DNA of 64,000 bases. Origin: Acidimicrobiia bacterium (lineage in GTDB: Bacteria; Actinomycetota; Acidimicrobiia; Acidimicrobiales; Bin134). Shown here piece by piece: positions 18,708-26,952 of this stretch (position 1 is its first letter; each line of letters opens with the position of its first letter). The position numbers were made by a program, and so were the translations under genes. The stretch is from assembly GCA_022825005.1 (NCBI GenBank), contig JAJDYU010000046.1:18140-82139 (forward strand), read 5' to 3'. Under the pieces are notes generated by a model. It was given only the letters and a program-made list of their open reading frames with translations. It was not told where the DNA came from and made no database searches.

Positions 18708-19123
18708 TGGCCAGCAGTGATGCCAACCCCCCCATGCCGGAGTTCCGCGATGACTACGTGTTGGTCGAGGTGGACAACGACTACCTCCAGAGCAAGGTCA
18801 AGCCCAAGCAGTTCATCCACATCGACCAGTCCGAGTGCATTATGTGCGAGGGATGCGTGGACATCTGTCCGTGGAAGTGCATCCACATGGTCACTCCCGA
18901 AGCGGTCGACGTGGCCGTGGGCGCCGAGCAGCCCGGCATCGACCCCAGCGACCATGTGATCTTCACCATCGACGAGGACGCCTGCACCCGCTGCGCATTG
19001 TGCGTGGACCGGTGCCCCACCGGGGTGATCACCCTGGGTCGATTGGGCGACCCCGGAGGCGACGGCGACCCGCATCAGCGAATGACCAGCTACGGCTACG
19101 GCTACGGCATGCGGTTGACCTAG
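18707..19123 (+). CDS. 2x[4Fe-4S] ferredoxin-like protein
   Basis: 138 aa. CIMCEGCVDICP and CTRCALCVDRCP (two CxxCxxCxxxCP motifs). No signal peptide or TM. ATG 18707 overlaps the upstream TAA. Confidence 0.8.
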   Translation: MASSDANPPMPEFRDDYVLVEVDNDYLQSKVKPKQFIHIDQSECIMCEGCVDICPWKCIHMVTPEAVDVAVGAEQPGIDPSDHVIFTIDEDACTRCALCVDRCPTGVITLGRLGDPGGDGDPHQRMTSYGYGYGMRLT

Positions 19124-19162
19124 AACTAAGGCCCGGAACGGATAAGAGGACTCAGGAGCAAC

Positions 19163-19948
19163 GTGGCAAAGCAGCCCAGACCACCGGCGAGCGAGCGGGC
19201 CAAGCAGGCCGCGAGCCAAATGATGAGCGACATGCAGGGGTCGCAGGCTTGGTCGTCCATCTTCCGTCCCGGCTCGATCTTCCGCAAGGGCTACAGCGAC
19301 AGCCCCAGAAACCGCAGCTACGTGATCATGAACAGCGTGCTGTACCACCTTCACCCGGTGAAGGTGAAGCGCCACGCGGTGAAGGTCAGCTACACCCTGT
19401 GCTTGGGCGGCCTCAGCTTCTTCTTGTTCATCCTGCTCACCGTGACCGGCATCTTCTTGATGTTCTTCTACCGGCCCACCGCGGCCCAGGCCTGGGATGA
19501 CATCTACACCCTCCAAACCTCGGTTGCCTTCGGGCTGCTGGTGCGCAACATGCACCGATGGGCCGCGCACCTCATGGTCATCACCGTGTTCTTGCACATG
19601 GCCCGGGTCTTCTACCACGGGGCCTACAAACCACCCCGGGAGTTCAACTGGGTAATTGGCGTAATACTGCTGACCCTCACCCTGCTGCTGTCGTTCACCG
19701 GCTATCTGCTTCCCTGGGACCAGCTGGCCCTATGGGCGGTGACGGTGGGAACCAACATGATGGGGTTCACCCCTGTATTCGGCGATCAAGTGCGCTTCGT
19801 ATTGCTCGGAAGCGTGGAGATCGGCACCGACACGCTGCTGCGATGGTATGTGCTGCACGTGCTGATGCTGCCCTTTGTGATCGTCATATTCATGGCCATC
19901 CACTTCTGGCGAGTAAGAAAGGACGGAGGCATATCCGGGCCGCTCTAG
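19163..19948 (+). CDS. cytochrome b6-type protein (N-terminal four-helix half of cytochrome b)
   Basis: 261 aa. LGGLSFFLFILLTVTGIFLMFFY, RNMHRWAAHLMVITVFLHMARVFYHGAY (haem-ligand His pairs), LLPWDQLALWAVTVGTN, HFWRVRKDGG. Confidence 0.88.
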   Translation: MAKQPRPPASERAKQAASQMMSDMQGSQAWSSIFRPGSIFRKGYSDSPRNRSYVIMNSVLYHLHPVKVKRHAVKVSYTLCLGGLSFFLFILLTVTGIFLMFFYRPTAAQAWDDIYTLQTSVAFGLLVRNMHRWAAHLMVITVFLHMARVFYHGAYKPPREFNWVIGVILLTLTLLLSFTGYLLPWDQLALWAVTVGTNMMGFTPVFGDQVRFVLLGSVEIGTDTLLRWYVLHVLMLPFVIVIFMAIHFWRVRKDGGISGPL

Positions 19949-19972
19949 AAGCGACGTCGCAACGACGCTTCT
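19947..19972 (+). promoter_or_regulatory. intercistronic stem-loop between the cytochrome b6 and subunit IV genes
   Basis: AGAAGCG-A-CGT [CGCA] ACG-A-CGCTTCT. 7 bp plus an A/A mismatch plus 3 bp, tetraloop. Starts inside the b6 stop codon. Confidence 0.4.
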
Positions 19973-19990
19973 GGCCCGATCTGAGAGCCC

Positions 19991-20776
19991 ATGGCGGAAG
20001 TTCCTGAACACCTCCTGAAGCGAGCCCAAGAGGCCCGTGAGCGCGCCGAAGCCCAACAGGGCGGCGGCGGAGCGCCCGCGCCCGAATCCTCTGGCGCGGA
20101 GCCGGCCGAGGCTGCTGGCGAGGGCGACTCGGGCGGTCCCAAGATCCCCGACCACCTGCTCGACCGGTCGAAGTCGGCCCGTGATCAAGCCGCTGGTGGC
20201 GGCGGCGCCCAAGCAGCCGCCGCGGTGGCCACTGCGCCCATGCCGGCCGGACCGGCCCAGCCCGAGCCCACCGGTCCCGGCGGTGCTACCCAGCGACTGC
20301 TCACCGTGGTCAAGTCGGGCTCCATCCAAGACGTCAAGGCAACCCCCACCGACAAGGTCCACGTCTGGCCCCACCTGCTGGTGGTGGAGTTCGTGGCCGC
20401 GCTGATCTTCACCGCCTTCACCCTGATCTTCTCCATTTTCGTGAACGCCCCGCTGCTGGAGCTGGCCAACTTCAACGAGACCCCCAACCCGTCCAAGGCT
20501 CCGTGGTACTTCCTCGGCCTCCAGGAGCTGCTCACCATGTTCCACCCGATGGTGGCCGGAGTGACCATCCCCGGAATCGCGCTGTTCCTGTTGATCTTGG
20601 CCCCCTACGTCGACCGCAACCCCAACAAGAAGCCCGAAGATCGCAAGTTCGCCATCTCGCTCATGACCATCCACCTGATGTTCTGGGCGATCCTGGTGCT
20701 GATCGGCTCGTTCTTCCGAGGCCCCGGATTCAACTTCGTCTTCCCGTGGGAAGTCGGCCTCTTCTTCGATCTGTAG
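19991..20776 (+). CDS. cytochrome b C-terminal-domain protein (subunit IV-like) with long low-complexity N-terminal extension
   Basis: C-terminal 140 aa: VWPHLLVVEFVAALIF, NPSKAPWYFLGLQELL (Qo-loop motif position), three TM. N-terminal about 120 aa is rich in A/G/P/E. Confidence 0.82.
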   Translation: MAEVPEHLLKRAQEARERAEAQQGGGGAPAPESSGAEPAEAAGEGDSGGPKIPDHLLDRSKSARDQAAGGGGAQAAAAVATAPMPAGPAQPEPTGPGGATQRLLTVVKSGSIQDVKATPTDKVHVWPHLLVVEFVAALIFTAFTLIFSIFVNAPLLELANFNETPNPSKAPWYFLGLQELLTMFHPMVAGVTIPGIALFLLILAPYVDRNPNKKPEDRKFAISLMTIHLMFWAILVLIGSFFRGPGFNFVFPWEVGLFFDL

Positions 20777-20785
20777 GGACTGACT

Positions 20786-21658
20786 ATGGGCGTCGCACTC
20801 TCCATCGCCATTCCCATCATCGTGGTGGCCGCAGTGATCGTTCTGATCGGCGCGGCCCGACGCCGGGAGACCATGGCAGCCGAAGGCCGTTTGACTCGGG
20901 AGACCCGCCGGAGGGACCGGGGTCGGGTGGACATCGAAGACGCGGCCGGAGCGCCCGACGCCCCCACTGGGCGAGAGGTGGAGCGGGCTGCGGTGTTGGC
21001 CCGTCAGACCGCGGGCACCGAGTTGGTGGAGGCGGCCGATGCGTCGATTGAGGAGTGGACCCCACCAGATCCCGACGCTGTCGGAGTGAGCCGCCGCCAG
21101 TTCTTGAACCGCAGCACGGTGGCCATGATGGGCTTCAGCCTCACCGGCTTCGGCGCGGCCTGCGTGGCATTTCTATGGCCACCGTTCGTCACTGGATTCG
21201 GCGCCGACGTGAACGCCGGCCTGGTGGACGATGTGAAGTCGAAGATCAGGGACGAGAACGGCTTCCTGTACCTTCCCGAGGGGCGCGCCTGGGTCACCGA
21301 ATATCCAGCAGCGGCCCTGCCGAAAGCTCAGGCCACCTACAGCGCGCCGGAGTTGACCGGCATGGAGGCGGGGCTGGTGGCCCTGTTCCAAAAATGCCCC
21401 CATCTGGGATGCCGGGTGCCGAATTGCCTGACCTCGCAGTGGTTCGAGTGTCCCTGCCACGGGTCCCGCTACAACCAGGTGGGGGAGAAGCGGGGCGGAC
21501 CCGCCCCCCGGGGCATGGACCGGTTCGCCATGTCGGTGAACGCCAAGGGCGAGTTCATCATCCGCACCGGCACCGTCATTCAAGGGCCGCCCATCGGGGT
21601 GAACACCACCGGCCAAGAGCCTGAGGGGCCGAGCTGTCTTGGGGGAGCATCGCACTGA
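20786..21658 (+). CDS. Rieske [2Fe-2S] subunit
   Basis: CPHLGCRV...CPCHGSRY. SRRQFLNRS twin-arginine-like anchor plus an extra N-terminal TM. Confidence 0.88.
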   Translation: MGVALSIAIPIIVVAAVIVLIGAARRRETMAAEGRLTRETRRRDRGRVDIEDAAGAPDAPTGREVERAAVLARQTAGTELVEAADASIEEWTPPDPDAVGVSRRQFLNRSTVAMMGFSLTGFGAACVAFLWPPFVTGFGADVNAGLVDDVKSKIRDENGFLYLPEGRAWVTEYPAAALPKAQATYSAPELTGMEAGLVALFQKCPHLGCRVPNCLTSQWFECPCHGSRYNQVGEKRGGPAPRGMDRFAMSVNAKGEFIIRTGTVIQGPPIGVNTTGQEPEGPSCLGGASH

Positions 21659-22989
21659 TGCACCTGCTTGCCGCCTCAACCCAGCGCAACCTGGGCATGG
21701 CCATCGCGGTGGTGGCCATCGTGGGCTTTGCCATCTACCTCATCTACAACGTGTTGTGGGCCGGCCGTGGCGAGAAGGGCTCAGAGGTGGATCTGGCCCC
21801 CAACCGCAAGCCCTACCTGAGCGACGAGGAGCTGGAGACCTCCAAGCTCGACCTCGCCCTGGTCAGCGGCCTGGTCACCCTGGTGATTATCGGCGTGGCC
21901 CTGCCCCTGTACTGGTTGGGCGAGCCCGGCCGCCAACAGGGCTACTTGGAGTTCTCCCGCGACCAGTTCACCAGCCGGGGTGCCGGGCAGTACGAGGAAC
22001 GATGTGCCAGTTGCCACGGCGGCGGCGGTTTGGGCGGCACCACCGCCACTTCGGTCACCGACGACGCGGGCAACTTCATCGCCGCCATCGAGTGGGAGGT
22101 TCCCGCTCTCACCACCGTTCTCTACCGCTTCTCCGAAGAAGAGGTGCGCCACATCCTCGACTACGGCCGGCCCCCCACCCCCATGCAGGCTTGGGGCGCG
22201 CCCGGCGGCGGTCCGCTCACCACCCAGCAGGTGGATGAGCTCATCCAGTACATCCAGAGCATTCAGCTCGATCCGCACGAGGTAGAGCAAGAGGTGTTGA
22301 ACGGCCTCGTTGTCCAAGTGCGCGGCGATGTCTTGGCCGCCAATTCTGATCTGGCCGATCGCCTTGATGCCGCCAACGCCGCGGTGAGCGCCGCGGGGGC
22401 CGACGATGCCGCCGCAGAGGCCGCCGCCCGGAACCTTGCCGCGGTGGAGCAGGAGATTCGGGAGACCAGCGAGCAGTACATCCGCGACCTGGCATCGCCC
22501 GACCGGGGTGAGCTGCTGTTCAACAACGAGGAGTACGGCTGCGCCCGGTGCCACACTCCGCGGGACTCGTGGCGATTCACCGGACCGGAGGCCACCCCCG
22601 GCGCAGGCCCAGTGGTTTTGGCCAAAGGCTCCCCCGAAGAGGCCGCAGAGGTCGCCCGGCTGGGCAACTTGATACCGGTGAACATTCCCGGCGGCGGGGC
22701 GTTCGGACCCAACCTCACCAATGGGGCCACCCTCCGGCAGTTCGACTCCGCCGAGGGCCACGAAGGCTTTGTCACCATCGGCTCGCAAGAGGGCATCGGC
22801 TACGGCAACTTCGGCCAAGGCGACGGCGGCGGCCAGATGCCGGCCTTCGGGGTGTGCGTGGGCGACCGGGACTCCAGCGAGCGCAGCGCCATCCATGGAT
22901 TCTGCACCCTCGAAGACGGCAGCGTTAGACCGGGCATGCTGACCGCCGAGCAGATCGCCGACATCGTGGCCTACGAGCGGGGGTTGTGA
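21658..22989 (+). CDS. membrane-anchored dihaem c-type cytochrome (QcrC-like)
   Basis: Two TM helices, then CASCH and CARCH haem motifs separated by an Ala-rich helical insert. ATG overlaps the Rieske stop (TGATG). Confidence 0.82.
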   Translation: MHLLAASTQRNLGMAIAVVAIVGFAIYLIYNVLWAGRGEKGSEVDLAPNRKPYLSDEELETSKLDLALVSGLVTLVIIGVALPLYWLGEPGRQQGYLEFSRDQFTSRGAGQYEERCASCHGGGGLGGTTATSVTDDAGNFIAAIEWEVPALTTVLYRFSEEEVRHILDYGRPPTPMQAWGAPGGGPLTTQQVDELIQYIQSIQLDPHEVEQEVLNGLVVQVRGDVLAANSDLADRLDAANAAVSAAGADDAAAEAAARNLAAVEQEIRETSEQYIRDLASPDRGELLFNNEEYGCARCHTPRDSWRFTGPEATPGAGPVVLAKGSPEEAAEVARLGNLIPVNIPGGGAFGPNLTNGATLRQFDSAEGHEGFVTIGSQEGIGYGNFGQGDGGGQMPAFGVCVGDRDSSERSAIHGFCTLEDGSVRPGMLTAEQIADIVAYERGL

Positions 22990-24125
22990 GCATGGGCTCG
23001 GTTCTCGCCGCAGTGAACACCCTGGCCGCCATCTCGTTCGACAACGAGATTCGCGGCCTGCTGACGGTGCTTTTGGGCTCGGCCATTCTCATGGGGTCGG
23101 TGTGGCTCATCATCTCCACCAACACTGGCTTCCGCCTGGGAAGCCTCATCGCCATCTCGGCCATCTTCGGGTGGACGGTGATGATGGCGTTCATCTGGTC
23201 GCTGTATGGCATCGGCCTCCAAGGGGCCCGGCCCACTTGGGAGGTGCAGGCCATCCACATCGGCAATCCGTCGGTGACCGACAACGAGGCCAACCCGCCC
23301 CCGGAGATCCTCGACGATCTCCCCAACCCGATCACCTGTGCAACCTTGGGCGACAAAGACTGCCTGCCCAAGGCCATTCAGATCGTCCGGGTGATGGGTA
23401 ACAGCGCCCAGAAGGCCGAGCTCGACTCCATCGACGCAGGGGCCATTCGCGCTGAGATCACCGCCTTCAACGACGCCTTGGCCGCCGACGACCCCCGCAA
23501 GCTCACCGACGACGAGGTCGAAGAAGAAGTGGATCGCCTGGCCGAAGAGGAGCGCATCCGAAACGAAGACCTCACCCTGAGCGAGTTGAAGGGTGTTGCC
23601 CCCGAGCTGACCGATGAAGTCGAGCGCAGAGGGTGGTTGGAGTTGGGCGACTGGAATCTGGAGACCACCCAGGCGGCCGGCGAGGCCATCACCGCGGCCA
23701 GCGACTATCTCGGCAATGCCAATTTGGGATTCGGCGCGACCGACGAGCAGAGCAACACCTTCGTGGTGCTCGACGCCTTCCAGCAGGGAGGCAAGCCCGA
23801 CCGGCTCAACAACGGGGTGTGGGAGCGGGTCAGCAACAAGGTCATCACCAGCGCCATGCCCCGCCACCCCACCAACTACACCGTTGTGCAGGTGCAGCGG
23901 TCGATCTACGAAGCCCCGGTGGCCGGACAGGCCCCACCCCCGGCCCAGGTCGATCCCAACGAGCCGGTCATCTCCGTGCTCTTGCAGCGCAACCTGGGCC
24001 GCTTCCGGCTGCCCAGTATCCTGGTGACCATCGGCTCCGGACTGTTGTTCTTGGCGTCGCTGCTGATGCTCCACACCCGCGACCTGGAAGTCCGCCGTCG
24101 CCTGGAAGGCGAGGGTTCGGGGTAG
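22986..24125 (+). CDS. membrane protein of unknown function (last gene of the bc-type operon)
   Basis: 379 aa. GTG overlaps the cytochrome c stop (GTGA); ATG 22992 is an alternative. Two N-terminal TM, an acidic loop of about 250 aa, one C-terminal TM (LPSILVTIGSGLLFLASLLML). Confidence 0.65.
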   Translation: MSMGSVLAAVNTLAAISFDNEIRGLLTVLLGSAILMGSVWLIISTNTGFRLGSLIAISAIFGWTVMMAFIWSLYGIGLQGARPTWEVQAIHIGNPSVTDNEANPPPEILDDLPNPITCATLGDKDCLPKAIQIVRVMGNSAQKAELDSIDAGAIRAEITAFNDALAADDPRKLTDDEVEEEVDRLAEEERIRNEDLTLSELKGVAPELTDEVERRGWLELGDWNLETTQAAGEAITAASDYLGNANLGFGATDEQSNTFVVLDAFQQGGKPDRLNNGVWERVSNKVITSAMPRHPTNYTVVQVQRSIYEAPVAGQAPPPAQVDPNEPVISVLLQRNLGRFRLPSILVTIGSGLLFLASLLMLHTRDLEVRRRLEGEGSG

Positions 24126-24131
24126 ACCGCG

Positions 24132-24599
24132 ATGACCGGCCAATACCTGCCGATCTTCGCCCTCGGGGTCTTGGCCGTGCTGTTCGCCGCCTTGAGCTTC
24201 GGCGCCTCCCGTCTGCTGGCCCCCCGGCGCCAGACCAAGGCCAAGATCGCCCCCTACGAGTGCGGCGTGGAGGAGAGCACCGACGCCCCAGAGCGATTCG
24301 GGGTCCGGTTCTTCCTCATCGCCATGATCTTCATCGTCTTCGACATCGAGATCATCTTCTTGTACCCCTGGGCGGTGTCCTACCGGGGACTGGGGTTGTT
24401 CGGACTAGTGGCCATGGGGATATTCGCCCTGGCGGTGTTCGAGTCGTTCGTCTACCTCATCGGCAACGGCGCCCTCGACTGGGGTCCGTCCCGGCCAATG
24501 TGGCGGCGCGACCCCCGGGTGTCGGCCCGCCGCACCAGCGACACCACCATCCGCCGAGTGGGACTCGACGGACGAAGCGCCCCGGAGGAAGCAGCATGA
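24132..24599 (+). CDS. nuoA: NADH-quinone oxidoreductase subunit A
   Basis: [30 protein letters not shown]. Carries a basic C-terminal extension of about 35 aa. Confidence 0.9.
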   Translation: MTGQYLPIFALGVLAVLFAALSFGASRLLAPRRQTKAKIAPYECGVEESTDAPERFGVRFFLIAMIFIVFDIEIIFLYPWAVSYRGLGLFGLVAMGIFALAVFESFVYLIGNGALDWGPSRPMWRRDPRVSARRTSDTTIRRVGLDGRSAPEEAA

Positions 24600-24609
24600 G
24601 ATTCCCGCG

Positions 24610-25233
24610 ATGCCGGCAACGACGGTGGGGCCACCAATGAAGCTGCCATTGCTGGGTGATCCCAAGGCTGTCATCGACCAAGGGCTTGAGGGGGTCGACC
24701 ACAACTTCGTGACCGGCAAACTCGAAGACCTGGTCAAGTGGTCTCGGGCCCGGAGCTGCTGGCCGGCCACCTTCGGCCTGGCCTGCTGCGCCATCGAGAT
24801 GATGGCTACCGGCGGGGCCCACTACGACTTGGCCCGCTACGGCATGGAGGTGTTCCGGGCCTCTCCCCGCCAAGCCGACCTGATGATCGTGGCCGGCCGG
24901 GTCTCCCAGAAGATGGCCCCCATCCTGCGCCGCATCTACGACCAGATGATGGAGCCCAAATGGGTGATCTCCATGGGGGTGTGCGCCTCCAGTGGCGGCA
25001 TGTTCAACAACTACGCCATCGTGCAGGGGGTGGACCAGATCGTGCCGGTGGACGTCTACGCCCCCGGCTGCCCGCCCGGCCCGGAGACCCTCATGCACGC
25101 CATCTTGACCCTCCACGACAAGATCACCAGCGGGGAGATCACCCGCCGCCGCGACGAGACCGGCGCCGGGGCCAACCTCACCGTCGACCAACGCGACGGC
25201 CAAACCTCAACGGGCGTGGTAATCCGTAAATGA
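24610..25233 (+). CDS. nuoB: NADH-quinone oxidoreductase subunit B
   Basis: [31 protein letters not shown]. Alternative start ATG 24637 (MKLPLLG). Confidence 0.92.
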   Translation: MPATTVGPPMKLPLLGDPKAVIDQGLEGVDHNFVTGKLEDLVKWSRARSCWPATFGLACCAIEMMATGGAHYDLARYGMEVFRASPRQADLMIVAGRVSQKMAPILRRIYDQMMEPKWVISMGVCASSGGMFNNYAIVQGVDQIVPVDVYAPGCPPGPETLMHAILTLHDKITSGEITRRRDETGAGANLTVDQRDGQTSTGVVIRK

Positions 25234-25664
25234 CCGACTCGGTGCTGCATGTGTCCCGCGACCAGTTCACCGAGACGGTGGCCGGCTTGCGGGACGACGG
25301 CTATGTGTCGGTCCTCGATGTGACCGCCGTGGACTACCTGGAGCACCCCGGCCGCACCGACCTGCCCGCCGAGGTAACCCCTGAGCGGTTCGAGCTGGTG
25401 GTCACCCTCATCTCCCACACTGCCCCAGGCCGCACCAGGCTGAGGGTTCAAGTGCCGGATGACGATCCCACCGTCCCCACCCTGTTCGACCTGTATCCCG
25501 GCACCGAGGCCCTGGAGCGGGAGGTGGCCGACATGTTCGGCATCGTCTTCGAAGGCCACCCCGACCCCAGCCGCATCCTGATGCCCCCCGACTGGGAAGG
25601 CCACCCTCTGCGGAAAGACTTCGCTGTTGGACAAATACCAGTGCAGTTCAAGGCGACGAGATGA
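25230..25664 (+). CDS. nuoC: NADH-quinone oxidoreductase subunit C (short form)
   Basis: [34 protein letters not shown]. 144 aa. ATGA overlaps on both sides. Confidence 0.88.
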   Translation: MTDSVLHVSRDQFTETVAGLRDDGYVSVLDVTAVDYLEHPGRTDLPAEVTPERFELVVTLISHTAPGRTRLRVQVPDDDPTVPTLFDLYPGTEALEREVADMFGIVFEGHPDPSRILMPPDWEGHPLRKDFAVGQIPVQFKATR

Positions 25665-26950
25665 GCGCCGCCGACACCACGGTGGAAGTCGCTACCGACG
25701 AGGCTGTTCGCCGCCGCGACGACAGCGCGGTGCTTCGCATCGGCGAGGACGACGGCGAGCGCTTGGAGGCCGAAGCCGGCACCAGCGACACCAGCATGGT
25801 CATGAACATGGGGCCCCAGCACCCCAGCACCCACGGCGTGCTGCGGCTCATGCTGGAGATGGAGGGGGAGACCGTGATGCGGTCCAAGCCGGTCATCGGC
25901 TACCTCCACACCGGCATGGAGAAGACCGCCGAAACCCTCACCTACCTTCAGGGCCCCACCAACGTCACTCGCATGGACTACGCCGCCCCGCTGTTCAGCG
26001 AGCTGGCCTTCTCGATGGCCACCGAGGCGCTTTTGGGCCTGGAGGTTCCCCCTCGGGCCACATGGATCAGGATGCTGATGTGCGAGCTGAACCGCATCAG
26101 CTCGCACCTGCTATTCCAGGCCACCAACGGCATGGACATCGGCGCGGTGTCGATGATGATCTACGGCTGGCGGGAACGGGAGGAGGCCCTTCGCCTGCTG
26201 GAGACCATCACCGGCCTGCGGATGAACCACAACTTCATCCGGCCCGGCGGCGTGGCCGCCGACCTGCCCGACGGCTGGCGCGACGAGGTGCTCACCCTTA
26301 TCGACGCCCTGCCCGCCCGGCTCAACGAGTTCGACACCCTGCTCACCGGCCAGCCCATTTACCGGGAGCGGCTCCAGGGCGTCGGCGTCATCAACACCGC
26401 CGAGTGCCTGGCCCTGGGTGTCACCGGACCCATCCTGCGCTCCACGGGCTACGCCTGGGACCTGCGCCGGGACATGCCCTATCTGGCCTACGACCAGGTG
26501 GACTTCGACGTGGTGGTGGGCACCTACGGCGACTGCTTCGACCGCTACGCCATCCGGCTGAACGAGATCAGGGAGTCGATCCGCATCCTGGCCCAGATCC
26601 TGCACCAGATGCCCTCGGGCGATTACCGAGTGCAGGACAAGAAGGTCACCCCGCCGCCCCGAGCCCGCATCGACGAGTCGATGGAAGCCCTGATCCACCA
26701 CTTCAAGATCTTCACCGAGGGGTTCAAGGTGCCTGCCGGCGAGGTGTACGCCGCGGTGGAGTCCCCCCGGGGCGAGCTGGGCTGCTACATGGTGTCGGAC
26801 GGCTCGGCGGTGCCCTACCGAATGCACATCCGCGGCCCCAGCTTTGTGAACCTGCAAACCCTGCCCCACATGATGCAGGGCGGCATGGTGGCCGACGCGG
26901 TGGCCATCATCTCCTCAGTCGATCCCATCATGGGGGAGGTGGACCGCTAG
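25661..26950 (+). CDS. nuoD: NADH-quinone oxidoreductase subunit D
   Basis: NMGPQHPSTHGVLRL, IGYLHTGMEK, ESPRGELG, IRGPSF. Confidence 0.93.
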   Translation: MSAADTTVEVATDEAVRRRDDSAVLRIGEDDGERLEAEAGTSDTSMVMNMGPQHPSTHGVLRLMLEMEGETVMRSKPVIGYLHTGMEKTAETLTYLQGPTNVTRMDYAAPLFSELAFSMATEALLGLEVPPRATWIRMLMCELNRISSHLLFQATNGMDIGAVSMMIYGWREREEALRLLETITGLRMNHNFIRPGGVAADLPDGWRDEVLTLIDALPARLNEFDTLLTGQPIYRERLQGVGVINTAECLALGVTGPILRSTGYAWDLRRDMPYLAYDQVDFDVVVGTYGDCFDRYAIRLNEIRESIRILAQILHQMPSGDYRVQDKKVTPPPRARIDESMEALIHHFKIFTEGFKVPAGEVYAAVESPRGELGCYMVSDGSAVPYRMHIRGPSFVNLQTLPHMMQGGMVADAVAIISSVDPIMGEVDR

Positions 26951-26952
26951 CC

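Noticed and set aside
24596-24640. Possible additional relay mini-ORFs. At nuoA/nuoB, ATG 24596 overlaps the nuoA stop and runs to TGA 24638-24640, which overlaps ATG 24637 in the nuoB frame. At nuoH/nuoI, GTG 32687 runs to TAA 32744-32746, abutting ATG 32747.
   Set aside because: There is no sequence duplication supporting them, and nuoI has its own SD (GGAGAGGG). In GC-rich DNA, short spacers are often open in some frame by chance. Kept only as a note alongside the three duplication-backed cases.
25230-25664. Short NuoC (144 aa) as a possible truncation or pseudogene.
   Set aside because: The conserved 30-kDa-subunit core motifs are intact, and the gene is ATGA-coupled on both sides. It more likely lacks only the variable C-terminal extension.
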